Assembly: GCF_001194135.2 (NCBI RefSeq)
Contig: NC_069002.1
Coordinates: 18,886,340-18,937,553, forward strand
Direction: 5' to 3'
Origin: Octopus bimaculoides
Taxonomy: Eukaryota
Length of the DNA stretch: 51,214 nt
In this document: piece by piece, positions 37,866 to 50,770 of the stretch
Layout of the letters: each line of letters begins with the position of its first letter
Position numbering within the stretch: position 1 is the first letter of the stretch
Notes under the pieces: generated by a model
The model's database searches: none
Told to the model about the DNA's origin: nothing
Seen by the model: only the letters and a program-made list of their open reading frames with translations
Translations under genes and position numbers: made by a program

Positions 37866-39470
37866 GCGACTCTTTATAAACTTTCTTCACTATTACCTAC
37901 ATATCTACTCTAGCTAATCCACACATTCTTCTACTGATATTAACCCTCTTCCATCTTCCTTTCTAATTAAGTATAATCTTGCTACTACTGCTCTTGAATG
38001 AAGTCCTCAGTTCAATTCTTTCCTCAGTCCTCAGTTCAATTCCTTCCGTGTCTTCTATCTGGATTTGCTAATTCAGAATTTGTCCAGTGTGAAAAAGCTG
38101 CTGAAGATCTAAGTAATGATACTGTCCAAGTATTTACAACCTTCACTAGATTCGGACCATTCAGCTTTGACTTCATTAACTTCCTCACCTTGCTGGTGTA
38201 CTCCTCAATTCTCTCTTTCATTTCTATATCTGTCAGATTCTAATACTCCATGATACTTATAACTCTCCCCTTCTTCCAGTGATTTTAATGCCTGGATATC
38301 TTTCCTGCTGACTAGCTGTCCCTTTTGTCATGACTAGTATTGCGTACTTATTTATGGCAAACCCCATACCAATATCTTTGCTGAAAAGCTTCGCAGGGTA
38401 TATTAAAGAATCTATCTCTTTTTCATTCTTACTAAAATGCTTTAAGCCATTCATAAGGAGCAAATGGTTAATTTTTCCTTTACTACCTCGAAACAGATAC
38501 CCTGCCTTTGCCTTTCTCAAAACTAAACTGAATGGAATTAAGCATAACACAATTATTAAAGGAGGTAAGGAGTTTGCTTGAAAACTACCTCTCTTGATAT
38601 TAAGCTGCCCAAAGGCTGTGTCACCTGAGTAGAGATCTACTTTGCATTTCTTCATGCTAAAGCTAATTAACTTATGTTGTCTGCAATACTGAATATACTC
38701 AAACATTCACTTATCCACGAGTGTGGAATCATGTCATAGGCTTTCTTATAAGTTATCCATGATATTGTTAAATTTTTGCCTCTAATTTTCAATAATTTTA
38801 GAACTAATTTGTTTGAGTATAATAGACCATGCATACCTCTAATCTTCTTCCTGCAACCTTTCTGCTCTTTTGGCAGCAAATTCCGCTGTCAGCGTGCTCG
38901 TAAATGCTTTCTGAAAGCATTCCTGTTAACAGCTTCCACACTAATACTAAGCAAGTGATTGGTCCATAATTGCTAGCTCTATTGCCCTTGCTTTCCTCTT
39001 GCATAAGTAGTATTGTTCTCCCTTTAGTCATCCAATCTGGTATTATTCCTCCATTCAGGTAATCCTGAAGTTGTACCCTCTGTCTTTCAATATAAGCTAC
39101 ATAACCAGTACCCTTCCAATTCGGCATTTTTCCTAACTAATGCACTCACTAATGCATTAGTTAGTCTTATATCTGGCTGCTTCCCACTTTCTACTTCCCT
39201 TAATTTCTTCAACCACACTGCATTTCTATTATGCTTGACTGGCGTATCCCAAATATTACTCCAGATCTTTCTAGATTCTTCTCTATTAGGTATCTCATCT
39301 TTACGACATTCTCCTGCGTTACTTTCCTATAAAACCTCCTCCGTTCTCTCTCAAACAATCTCTGCGGTTGATTCTGATCTTTTCTCTTCTCATATCTGGA
39401 AAGCTTATTCGCTCTTGCTATCATACACTGCTTCAACTCTTCCATGACTATTCAGGAATAGCTTCCTCTT
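37866..39470 (-). mobile_element. R4/Dong LINE fragment with decayed RT core
   Basis: EELKQCMIARANKLSRY, PDWMTKGRTILL...NYGPITCL, LPKEQKGC, WITYKKAYDMIPHSWI, NIKRGSFQANSLPPL, INHLLLMNGLK, FSKDIGMGFAINK. Confidence 0.9.
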
Positions 39471-39554
39471 AATACATATTGTTCTTGCATACATGCATAT
39501 ACATATGCATGTGCATATATGTGTCCGCCCATGCATGCCTGCTTATGAACATTT

Positions 39555-39586
<32 letters not shown>

Positions 39587-41060
39587 GCATGCGTGTCTAC
39601 AGGTGTATGTGTTGTGTGTGTGTGCGTGTGTGAGTGTGTGTATTTGTGTGCATATTTATTTTTGTTGCAGGAAATGCAAGTGAATTGACAGCAACTAGAA
39701 TGTATTGAAAACAGATGATACTTCTATAAATTTAAAATTACAAAGAAAAGAATAACTTCTTTCCTAATCGGTAATGAAACGTGTGTACATTACTGAAACT
39801 TGAAGTAAACTTAGATATGCGATAAACAAATGGTATGAAATCACAGACAGTAACTCGTGGATTATGAGAGTAGGCATGATGTCTTAATAATTCTTAACAA
39901 ACTACCTTGCTTTATACAATGCGAAAATCTCTTTTTCTCTTAAGAACATTCTAGAAGATAGCATGCTGAATAAAGGTAAATACTTCACTATTTGGCGAAT
40001 TTCAACACGTTGGTCTTATTATAAAACTGTCGACCTTTCGACTTTGATATTCTTTTAATCCATACTTGTATGGAGCATTATCAAGATCTATCCGCCTGAT
40101 TCTGTGTGTCTGTTTGTCTCTCTCACTCACTCAATACACACACGCACGTGCAAGCGAACGCACACACGCAAGCACACACACACAAACACAGACACACACA
40201 CACACGCACACACGCACGCACACACATATATCTTCTCCCTCTGCTTTTATACTATTTATATAATTTCAAACTAAAGCCTGAAGGTGTGGGATAAAACATA
40301 ACCCACCATCAATCGAACAAGCCATCAATGCTCTACAATTTACAAAGTCTAATTATGAAATATTAAATCTGAGACGCCCTCACAACAAATTCAAATTGCA
40401 GGTTGTGAACACGACATCGTTTACAATATTTGTTATGCCTTCTTTTTACAAACAAATCGTAAATTATCTGAAATAGAATATGTTTTCCTCTCAGATTTNN
40501 NNNNNNNNNNNNNNNNNNNNNNNNNNNNNNNNNNNNNNNNNNNNNNNNNNNNNNNNNNNNNNNNNNNNNNNNNNNNNNNNNNNNNNNNNNNNNNNNNNNN
40601 NNNNNNNNNNNNNNNNNNNNNNNNNNNNNNNNNNNNNNNNNNNNNNNNNNNNNNNNNNNNNNNNNNNNNNNNNNNNNNNNNNNNNNNNNNNNNNNNNNNN
40701 NNNNNNNNNNNNNNNNNNNNNNNNNNNNNNNNNNNNNNNNNNNNNNNNNNNNNNNNNNNNNNNNNNNNNNNNNNNNTATTATTTCTTTTCTCTTCTTAAT
40801 GTTTATTAAATGTTTTGAATATTTCGTCTGCAGTTTTCTAAAAACCTCTCTTTTTCCCATTCTAAGCATATGTGCGTGCGAACGCGCTAGCGTGTGTGTG
40901 TGTGTGCGTGTGTGTCTGCGTTCCTGTGCGTGTGTGTGTGTGTGTGCGTGTGCGTTCGTGTGCGTGTGTGTGTGTGTTTGTGTGTGTCTGTGTTAAATAA
41001 AATGAGACAGCAGAGCCATGGCATTGTGGAATTTTCAGGACATTTATAAAGACAAAGTTA

Positions 41061-41108
41061 GTCTCACAGCTGTTTCTGAGATATTAGGGATATCCCTTCA
41101 TCAGAGAC
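41061..41108 (-). ncRNA. Minimal type I hammerhead ribozyme motif, cleavage triplet mutated (GUG)
   Basis: Minus strand: GTCT-CTGATGA-a-GGGATA-tccctaa-TATCTC-a-GAAAC-AGCT-GTG-AGAC. Confidence 0.65.
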
Positions 41109-41262
41109 CATATGAGATGGTTACATAGAGGGAAATAGTAGAGTGCTATATACAGCATTATTTTAGAAAAGGTTAGAAATAAGAAGTATTATTTCCATCC
41201 TTTTCCAAAATAACTCCTTATATTGAACTCTACTATTTCCTGCTTTGTAACCATCTCATATC

Positions 41263-41310
41263 GTCTCTGATGAAGGGATATCCCTAATATCCCAGATACA
41301 GCTGTAAGAC
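41263..41310 (+). ncRNA. Minimal type I hammerhead ribozyme motif, GAAA mutated to GATA
   Basis: GTCT-CTGATGA-a-GGGATA-tccctaa-TATCCC-a-GATAC-AGCT-GTA-AGAC. Stem I is GTCT/AGAC; stem III is the palindrome ACAGCTGT. Confidence 0.65.
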
Positions 41311-41404
41311 TAACTTTCTCTTTATAAATGTCCCGAAAATTCCCCACAGCCTTGATTTACTGTCTCATTTTACTTAACATATACATGTTCATTCAAGGCC
41401 CGTC

Positions 41405-41746
41405 AAATAATTGACTTTACAGTTCCAAATGATGAGAGATCAATGAGAAGTATAGAGAAAATAGAAAAGTACCAGAACCTAGCCATTGAACTATGGGGAC
41501 TAAGGAAAGTGCGGGTAAAATGTATCGCTGTAGTTATAAGTGCATTAGGAATTATCCCTAAACATTTTGAACTGATGGATAGAGGAAATTGGCATAAATC
41601 CCAGTTTAGAACAGCTCCAAAAAACAGTGGTTTTAGGGACAGCTAAGATACTTTGGAGGTTTCTTGACATTTACAGTTACCTGTTGTAGCCCGATGTTAG
41701 TATTTTTTTTCTTTTCCATCAGTCCAATCTGTTGAGCGTATATGAC
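41405..41746 (+). mobile_element. R4/Dong LINE, 5'-truncated 3' end
   Basis: IIDFTVPNDE...EKIEKYQNLAIELWGLRKVRVKCIAVVISALGIIPK. 3' UTR shared with the 29341 copy and followed by (TAA)n. Confidence 0.85.
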
Positions 41747-42099
41747 ATAATAATAATAATCCATTTCTTCCACTATATCACTTTAGTCTCTCATATGCCC
41801 CGCATTACCAGATATCCTTCCTTTAATAGCTTCTAACTCCAATTCTGTTAAACATTCATACTTTCATATTGCTCTTGCTTGGTCACATAATCTGTGTTCA
41901 GTAATTTCAGTAATTTCAAACAGATCCATTGCATTCAAACTCCATTGAAGTCTCGCAGCGTGGCTGCACAGCGGAAAACCTGCCGCGTGCCGTACCTACA
42001 CCGTTGGTTCCAGTCCCGTTCACACCGTTACTGTTTGCTATTTTGGTTGGCATTTTCACTCACAAATGAGGTGTATTTTAGGTTACCACTAATCGGTAT

Positions 42100-42300
42100 T
42101 TCTATCGACACACCATCTCGAGTCAAGGTCACCCACCAACACAGCAGAAGTCTTGTTCCTCTTGTTTTGAAATCAGTGTTCTTTCTCCTGGGCTGCTTGA
42201 CGTCCAAGTCTAACGAGTGCAGCATACCCGGATCGACGGCTGTTTGAAGGCGCCCGACACTCACCTTTTTCCTCTCTTCTCTTGTTAGTTTGGCCAAGAA
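42100..42300 (-). mobile_element. Possible RTE-type LINE 5' UTR fragment
   Basis: Minus-strand CTTGGACGTCAAGCAGCCCAGGAGAAAGAACACTGATTTCAAAAC resembles an RTE 5' UTR motif as I recall it. No protein support. Confidence 0.3.
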
Positions 42301-42644
42301 GTCGGGTTTGACTGTCAGAAGTTATATCTTGCGCAAGCCTTTGGGGCATTTTATAAGTGAAGGGCGCTCAAATCCCTTCACTACCCCAGCATTTCCACTT
42401 CCACTTATTTTCGTCCCTCCATTCTTCAGTTGGTTATTACTAATGCCATTATTACCATCTCCATTATTACTACTCTCATCATTCCCAGAATGACTACTAT
42501 TACTCCTAGTATCATTAATATTGTTACCATTAGCATCATTATCATTAATGTCAACATTTTCACTACCACCATTATCACACTTATCTCTTCTATCCTCGTT
42601 AGCATAACTATAATATTTATAGCCAACACTACTATGGCATTGCT

Positions 42645-43640
42645 TTTAAAGTAGAAAGTGCTCAAACAATCAACCATCTCCTCTTCGTGGATGATTTGAA
42701 GCTGTATGGCAAAGGTGAGGCACAAGTGAGTCCACTGTTTTAATGCTGATATTAGAATAGAATCCAGATTCAAGAAGTATGGTATAGTGTACTTTTAAAG
42801 AGGCAAGGTACAGACCCTAGTAAGGATAGAATAACCTAACAGAGAACCGATTAAACAAATTGAAATGGAAAGCTACAAATACCTTGGAATATTAGAGTCC
42901 AACAAAATCATGAAGAAGAAAATGAAGGAAAAACTGAGGATGGAATATTTCCGAAGACTAAGATTGCTGTTGCGCTAAAAATTGATCGGTAGGAATAAAG
43001 CAGTTAATACATGGATGATAGCCTAACTTCGGTATGGAGTTGGAATCATAAAATAGCAAACGAAAGAGCTGATGAACATGGATACGAAGACAAGAAAAAT
43101 ATTGACAGTACACGGAACCTTCTATCCAAAGAGAGACACCGAGAGGTGGGTGATGTTTGATCAGTAGCTAGGATTGTATCGAAACAGGAAAACAGCTTAG
43201 GGCAGTATGTAAAAAATACTGTGGAATCCTTGATGAAATATTTGAAGAAGTCTGGCTTCATCAAAATTGATAATTATGTGAAGAGAGAAAAACTTAAAGA
43301 GGAAATGAACATAAAGAAGAGAAATAGCATGGAAGGAAAAAAAATGAACGGTGAAGAGGTAAGAACGCCAAAACAAATACAGAAGACCCGTGGCTATGGC
43401 TGAGGAGGAGAGAAGTGCTTCTATAGGAAGTACTTCTATCTCTGAAGATAGAGACAGAAGCACTTGCATACACAGCACAAGAACATGCATTAAGGACTGA
43501 CTATGTAAAGTGCAGAATCGACAACACTACCGAGAGAGAATGTGAGGTGAGAGGAGTGATTGGCACAACGTGATTACAAAAGAGGACAAGACAATGTGGC
43601 AAGGATGATCTATTGGAAGCTCTGTGGAAATTATGACCTA
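42645..43640 (+). mobile_element. R4/Dong LINE fragment (RT motif C to post-RT)
   Basis: TINHLLFVDDLKLYGK, YKYLGILE, KEKLRMEYFRRLRLLL, KRGQDNVARMIYWKLCG. Confidence 0.85.
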
Positions 43641-43654
43641 CTAATCATGGTCGT

Positions 43655-43701
43655 TATGCATTTTGTCCGGCGTGCTAACGATTGTGCCAGCACGCCACCT
43701 T

Positions 43702-43779
<78 letters not shown>
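43655..43779 (+). mobile_element. 3' tail of the TAA-associated SINE-like element plus (TAA)n
   Basis: GCATTTTGTCCGGCGTGCTAACGATTGTGCCAGCACGCCACCTT matches the end of the 18151 and 18395 copies. Confidence 0.75.
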
Positions 43780-43780
<1 letters not shown>

Positions 43781-43975
43781 TAATGTTTGAGTTAGAGCAC
43801 CGAAGGCCGGATATAGTCACGTTTAGGAGGGACAAACAAGAGTGCCGAATAATCGACGTGGCATTACTTGAATACAAGACAATGGACCCTAATATTCCTA
43901 GTAAGATGGAATCTGCAGGACCACATGGAACAGCTCCCTGTGACTCCTATAGTATGTGCAACCGAAACTCCTATG
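43781..43975 (+). mobile_element. R4/Dong LINE RLE fragment
   Basis: LEHRRPDIVTFRRDKQECRIIDVA (PD..D motif). Confidence 0.75.
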
Positions 43976-46900
43976 TATCTACGCGTTAACAGATGGAAGA
44001 TCGAGATGAATGAAGAAAACGTATGGAAACAATCTTGGGGCGTCCTAAGGGGCGACCTAGAAAGATAGAGGAATAGTAATCAGAAAGAGAAAAACAAAAA
44101 CAATAAGAGAAATACAGAAAAATTCAAAAATTAAATAATTTACTCCCCACCCCTATTGCAGAAACTGCTATAATTGCCCCTCCCTGCCACTATTTTTATT
44201 AACTTCATGTAATTGATTGCTGACATAAATGAATTGTTTAAAATAAAATAGAATTTATGAAATAATATTGTTTGTTTGTTTTCTTTTTTCATTTTATTCT
44301 GATTTTCCCCAACATTAAAAAAAAAAGGACGCAGATTTCGACGTAGAATCTCAATTTGAAATCGCATTCACAACTGCAGGAAAATTAATTTAATAAATTT
44401 AATACAACCACAATTTCCAGATTTCTTATTTTTTGGTACTTAGTGCTGAATAAGATCATTAACAAAAACAACATCTACAAAAACAACGCCATTCACAACA
44501 ACAATGACAACGGAAACGTCATTGACAGTAATAGCATCAGCGTCATTGACAACAAGAGTAACAACAACAACAACATTACAACATAAGCTACAATAAAATA
44601 GATAATTAAAATCGCTGACAATAATAAGAACACTAACGATAACAACAAGGAATTTTGGTGAAGTTTCGGACGCCACGAGGATTTGGGTATCGACTGGAAG
44701 CCTGTCACATACTTTCGTTAACTGTGTTAGAGGCAATGTAATCGAAAACTAGTTAGACACCTCTCGGTCCTTCCATCCTTGGCCGCAGAGGGAGAGAGGA
44801 CATCACCAGCATTGCAGTATATATCTAGGATATTTTATTTTGTTTGTTCCCCACCCCCAGGTTCCTATAAATGAGTCGTCCTACAATTAAATATAATGTA
44901 GCCGTGAAGATTCTGTTCTGTCCGTTTTCAAGTATAACGTACCTTGGAGTACGCTTTCTAGTGTGTCGAACAAACGGGAGAATATCACAGTGGTGGAGTG
45001 GTCGGCTAAAAAAGCAGCGAAATGTTCCTTAAATCACATTTCATCCTTCTAAACTTCAACGCGGGGGAAAAAGATGCTTTGAATGACGTAATGCTGTTTC
45101 CGTTACAGTTAGGGGTGGGAGGTGACAAGTATTATTGTTGTTATTTAGTCGAAAGACTAAATAACAACAGTGATAGCAATGTATTCAATATAAATATATC
45201 AATAAAAAACAATATTTGTTAAATTTCGAAAAGTATTGATATTGTTTATCTTATTTTTTAAAATACGGTTGGGTATGATTTGAGGAAGGGTTGCCTTGTG
45301 TTTCTTATAGTTTCAGCATCCATGTCGTGACTACTTTGTTGGTTCCATAAATACCAGATGTTGCAAGACTAATATATCAAAGCGACACTAGCAGAGAGTG
45401 TAAAATCGTTTGGGTTAGATATGGTGACTTATAAACAAAGCGTCCCCAACACAAGCATCACCACCGCCACATCAACATCCTCTCCACTGCCAGCAGCATT
45501 TTCACCAACAAAAACATTAGCACACGCATAAACACGGAATAAGTCACCTGAATTTTCTAATTTCACCCAATGACCCAAAACCAAAATTTCAGTTATAAAA
45601 AGGTGCTTCAATTTTTCGTTCCAAGAAAATGAAAGGTAAAATCTAGATTGGTGGGACTGGAACTCAGAACTTAAGGAATCAATTTAGATACCACAAGATA
45701 GTCTCTGGTTCCCTAATGATTCTGTCACATCAATGATTGAAAAGGAAAAAAATGAAAATAATAAAAAAAAAAGGAACTCCAGAAAGAGAAAGTGAAAAAA
45801 AAACGATAATANNNNNNNNNNNNNNNNNNNNNNNNNNNNNNNNNNNNNNNNNNNNNNNNNNNNNNNNNNNNNNNNNNNNNNNNNNNNNNNNNNNNNNNNT
45901 ACACATTCAACAACAAATCGGTAACAAGAATAACAAGATTATATAAACTCAGAGAAAATAAAAACTATAAATAACTTAAAATCAAATTGGTTAATTGCAA
46001 AAGAAAAAGAATGAAAGGAAAATTAAAATTTCTATGTCAAGTCACGAACGTTTTTCGACTACTGAATACAACCAGGCACACATACATACACACGTACACA
46101 CACATACACTCACACACACATACACGCACACACACATATATACGCACACACACATATACACGACACAACAAAACGAGAAGAAAAAAGACAACTACTACAA
46201 TCAGAGAAGTTGTGTGATTGCAGTAAAATCTCGAAGAATTATGGGAGATTTATTGGAATCTAACTGTCAGTAAGGAACTCTTTAGACGGAGACTATATCT
46301 GGTTGCAGTTTCGACAGATTAATCTATCATAGTTATCACCCCTTCCCCTACTCCACCTCTTAATGTCAACTTATAAACATTTCTATACTCCCCTTGCCTT
46401 CTTTTCCTCCCTCATCATCATCTACAGTTAAGTAGATTTATATCCTCCTACTCTCAGTATTCTCCCCGCCAAAATATCACACGCAACGACTCCTGAAGTT
46501 ACAAGGATGGCCGGAAAGACCGGATTTTACGCGTTGCCACCGCCCCTTTTCCGTTGCATGAACTTGTTCTAGTCAATTGACGAAGAACAAGTTGGGTCAT
46601 TAGAACTGTTGCAGTATTTTGGTAGAAATGGGAAGGTGGCAGGAATATTGTAAAGGGGACCGAAGAAAAACTCTTCCCCGACCCAAGATGTCTCTAAAAT
46701 TCATCAAAGTTTTCAGAGAAACGAATCCAAGTTTAATGTTGGAGCTTCATTAAAAGAAATCAATGAATACATAAATGCGCCGCCATTTGTGGCACCAAAA
46801 CAGAAACCCTTGCACAACAGATTTGCTAAAGACCAGGTTTGCATTCTGTTATAAAAGAATATTAAGTAGAATCTGTCGGTCTTTCACGACTCCGTTGATC

Positions 46901-47202
46901 GTAAAAAAGTTTAATGAGTGATTTTACATCATAAGACTTTAGAAACATAAGTTTGTTTTTAAGTTTGTTTTTAAGTTTGTTTGTAAGTTTGATTATAAGT
47001 TATAATAATTATTATTATTGTCATTTTTAATTTTAATCTGCATGCTTTTTACAGTCACTTTCCGAGGCACCCTCAGCGTCTTCGGGCGAGTGAAGGATAA
47101 GAGATGTTACAGTATAACTGAAAGCTTGGGGAGGGGAAGTGGTAGGGGCAGTAGCGAAATATCTTCATCTTATACAATACATACATTCAAATTTATTGGT
47201 TT

Positions 47203-48235
47203 TTTCTAAGGATGTGGGCTGTACTTGTCAGCACGATCTTTTATATTTCTCTGGGACATGGTTCTCCTGGGATCTTATCTAGATGTTTTTGACATCCCTT
47301 TCTTATCATACCTAGGGAACCTACAATTACAGGAACATTTCTCGTTTTAAGATGCCACATATTTTGTATTTCAATTTCCAGGTCCTTACATTTACTTAGT
47401 TACAGATAGATTTTTATTTGTGAGAACACTTACATATATTACTGTACAAGTATTTTCTTCCTGTCTTTAATAATTATGCCGGGTCGATTAGCGTGGATCG
47501 TTCTGTCAGTGCTGACTGAAAAATTCCAGAGGATAGTGACATTTTTACCTTCAACGACTGGCTCAGGATGATGTTCATACCAGTAAGCAGGAGTGATGAT
47601 TTTGTAGTGTTTACACATTTTCTAAAATAAACACTGTCCTACACTGTCGTGGCGATTTTATATTTGTTTGGTGTCGGCACAGGACATTCCGAGACTAGAC
47701 GGTCTATTGTTTCTCAAATGTGTCGCAGAATCTGCATTTAGGATCAGACCGGTTGTGAAGAACGTTAGTCTGGTTTTTGTGAGCAAGCTTTGGTCTTGTG
47801 TCACCAATATGAAATCTTCAGTTTTTGCTTTCAATCCTGAACGTCTCAGCCACCGATGGGTTGTTGCTTGATCTACATCAGCATTTCGACTTCAAAGTAT
47901 ATACTGTCCATGCAGAGGCTTTTGCCTCCACCACTCCTCAGTTCGTTTCTGCCCGTTCTATTTTGAAGTCTGCTTGATCCATTTTACTTGTTTTGTGGTT
48001 GTGGTTTCAGGTTCTTCAACTATTTCAGGATGAATGCAAGTTCCCTTGCGAAGTTGCAAGCTTCCTTGACAATCGAATATGACTTTTTGCAGCTTTCGTG
48101 TTAGCACACAAGTCGCAGCGTCCAGACCTCTGTACTAGATAAGTATTGTGCTATTGTGGAGGTCTTACAGGGCAGTTCTACCTGCATCATTCCTGTGCCT
48201 CCATTATTTCTGCTTTTGGGTGGTGCATGTTCTTA
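47203..48235 (-). mobile_element. R4/Dong LINE fragment (thumb to RLE)
   Basis: LHGQY...DQATTHRWLRRSGLKAKTEDFILVTQDQSL, YWYEHHPEPVVEGKNVTILWNFSVSTDRTIHANRPGIIIKD, PVIVGSLGMIRKG. Confidence 0.85.
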
Positions 48236-48400
48236 GAAGTTAGTGTTTTTCTTGTTTGCCTATCCTTTCATTATGTCAAGGTCGATAAAATAACTACAAG
48301 GTGAGCAGTATGTTCGATGTAACTGATTTATCCCCTTTGGCCTTGCGCCAAAATTTGAAGCCAATATCATTCTTATTGTAGAGGCAGCGCGCTCGCGGAA
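48225..48400 (-). mobile_element. Diverged TAA-associated SINE-like fragment
   Basis: GGTCGATAAAATAACTAC...TCGATGTAACTGA...GGCCTTGCGCCAAAATTTGAAGCCAAT is the reverse-complement homologue of 18395-18490. Confidence 0.55.
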
Positions 48401-48584
48401 ATATTAGCTCGTCGGATAAATGCTTCACATTTTGTTGACTTTTGGAAAAGGCCAATCGGAAAGCCACCATGACGTTAGGAAGAGAATTTGGTTAAACGAT
48501 TTGGATCCAGATAGAAAAGAAAGGTACTATAAAGAAAGAATTGTTCTAGGGAAACATTAAAACAAATCATCTCCTCCTCTTATA

Positions 48585-48985
48585 AATCTTACCATAGGCC
48601 GAACGAGAAACCTGCCTATACAGACCCTCCTGTAATATTTAAAACCTGATAGCTAATATATGTAACAGAGTTTCTAACCTCACTTCCTGTACATAAATTT
48701 TCAAGAAGGAAGCCCCCTACTACAACAATGGCCTAGCCAATAGTGGCTTTAAAGATAAATTAATATGTAACTCCTCTAATATTAATCGGAATAATAAAAA
48801 TAGACCTAAATACAGACCTAGGAAAATTATTTGGTTCGCTCCTCCCTTTCCCATAACGTAAAAACTAACATAGGCACAAAATTTCCTATCTCTCTTAGAC
48901 AAATACCTTCCACAAATTCACCGGCGCAAGAAACTATTTAACAAGTGATCTGTGAAATTATCATATAGCTGCTGTCCCAAATATC
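48585..48985 (+). mobile_element. Penelope-like element fragment (post-RT linker)
   Basis: YHRPNEKPAY...EAPYYNNGLANSGFKDKL...RKIIWFAPPF...KTNIG..FLSLLDKY...LFNK.SVKLSYSC. Confidence 0.8.
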
Positions 48986-49060
48986 ATTACAAGAGACCAA
49001 TACCAAGAACCTACTCCCAGTTATAACTCGACTGGCGATGCATGATTAAATCATATATGA

Positions 49061-49558
49061 GGGCCGACCAAACCTTCTGAGTAGATTTGTAGACGGAAAC
49101 TGAAAGAAGCCCGTCGTATGTATGTATATATANNNNNNNNNNNNNNNNNNNNNNNNNNNNNNNNNNNNNNNNNNNNNNNNNNNNNNNNNNNNNNNNNNNN
49201 NNNNNNNNNNNNNNNNNNNNNNNNNNNNNNNNNNNNNNNNNNNNNNNNNNNNNNNNNNNNNNNNNNNNNNNNNNNNNNNNNNNNNNNNNNNNNNNNNNNN
49301 NNNNNNNNNNNNNNNNNNNNNNNNNNNNNNATATATATGTATGTGTGTGTATATGTTTGTGTATCTGTGTTTGTCCCCTAACATCGCTTGACAACCGATG
49401 CTGGTGTGTTTACGTCCCCGTAACTTAGCAGTTCGGCAAAAGAGACCGATAGAATAATTACTAGGCTTATAAAGAATAAGTCCTGGGGTCGATTTGCTCG
49501 ACTAAAGGCGGTGCTCCAGTATGGCCGCAGTCAAACGACTGAAACAAGTAAACGAGTA
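49061..49558 (+). mobile_element. SINE with internal microsatellite, 5'-truncated, spans gap
   Basis: Homologous to 10645-10955 (GGAAACTGAAAGAAGCC...GCTTGACAACCGATG...GACTGAAACAAGTAAA). Confidence 0.85.
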
Positions 49559-49662
49559 TATACATATATATACACACATATATATGTGTTTGTGCGTTTG
49601 TGCGTTTGTGTGTATAGTCGTAGTAGAAGTAGTATTAGCGGTGGGGGAGAAGATGAAGAAGG

Positions 49663-49667
<5 letters not shown>

Positions 49668-49719
<52 letters not shown>
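49668..49719. repeat. (AGT)n microsatellite
   Basis: Directly visible. Confidence 0.95.
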
Positions 49720-49720
<1 letters not shown>

Positions 49721-50469
49721 CACGCGTGTATGCTTACACACATATTTATGAATGTTACCCGTATACGGATACATACAAATATACGACAAAATGCCTTGTA
49801 AAACATCCCCCGGTGAATAAGGAAATTGATTTATAAGTATGTTGCAGTCCTGTTCCTTCTTGTCTGACGATGAGTTGAGATTTTAACATTTACAAGATTC
49901 TGAAAAGATTACAGAGTGAAAGTGGAGAAAAAACAAAACTATCTGAAGAGCAAAGTTTTATGCCAAGCCACGTAAGTGTTTCTATAAAATTCTCATTGTT
50001 GTTTGTTGCTACAAAGGTGATGTCAGAAATGGGCTCGAATGAAACAAATGATTTGTGGATCCTGCATAGCTGCCGACAATGGCAGCTGTTACAGAGGCAA
50101 AAGTAGAATCATGTCCAGCATGTCTAATGTAACTAATGAAGCTAATAAAAAAAAAAACAACATTATTACCAAATACTTATTGACCATAGCAATGAATAGA
50201 TATCGATTATGCAGGATAATTTTAGATGAAATTGAATCATTTCAGTTGTGTTGAGCTCCGATAAACATTTTACACTATATTTCATAATCGTAAGCTCGCG
50301 CGCGTAGATGCACATACATGCGCACGCGATCGTGCATACTCACGCACACATTTTGCGTGTCGGTCTCATCCAAGAAAGGGACCTGTCTGTCTGTCGAACT
50401 GTCTGCCTGCAAGCCTGTCTGTATGTGAGAGTGTGTATGAATATAGGAATTTCTCGACATTTCTGTCAG

Positions 50470-50770
50470 CATACACCTCTCCATTCTCACTACCTCTATA
50501 ACACTACAAACACACTGACTCTCACTCCTACCTTAACTTCTCCTCCTCCCACTCTACCCACACCAAGCACTCCATGCCCTGCTCCTAATTCTTCCGTTTA
50601 CGTGGGCTCTGCAGTGACGACTATAACTTTGAAACTCAGTCTTAACTCACGGCTCACCACTTAAACTTACGTGGATATCCCCTCACAATTATCCACACTG
50701 CTCTTGCCCGGGCACGATCTGTGGACCGTGCCGCTACTCTTTCACCTCGCACCCGTTCCATCCTTACCCG
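50470..50770 (+). mobile_element. Penelope-like element fragment (RT thumb)
   Basis: TDSHSYLNFSSSHSTHTKHSMPCS*FFRLRGLCSDD...LRGYPLTIIHTALARA, matching PLE KPTD..YL..S.HP..K.SIP.SQ..R..R.CS. Confidence 0.8.

Larger units (their letters stand above)
40991..41379. mobile_element. 389-bp fold-back element with a hammerhead motif in each arm
   Basis: Arms pair from GTTAAATAAAATGAGACAG/CTGTCTCATTTTACTTAAC inward to a 6-nt loop (41183-41188). 41028-41144 vs 41227-41343 shows 9 mismatches in 117 nt. Confidence 0.85.

Noticed and set aside
46500-46800. Possible promoter (CCGGAA and GCCGCCATTT YY1-like motifs)
   Set aside because: Short motifs only, with no CpG island or linked exon.
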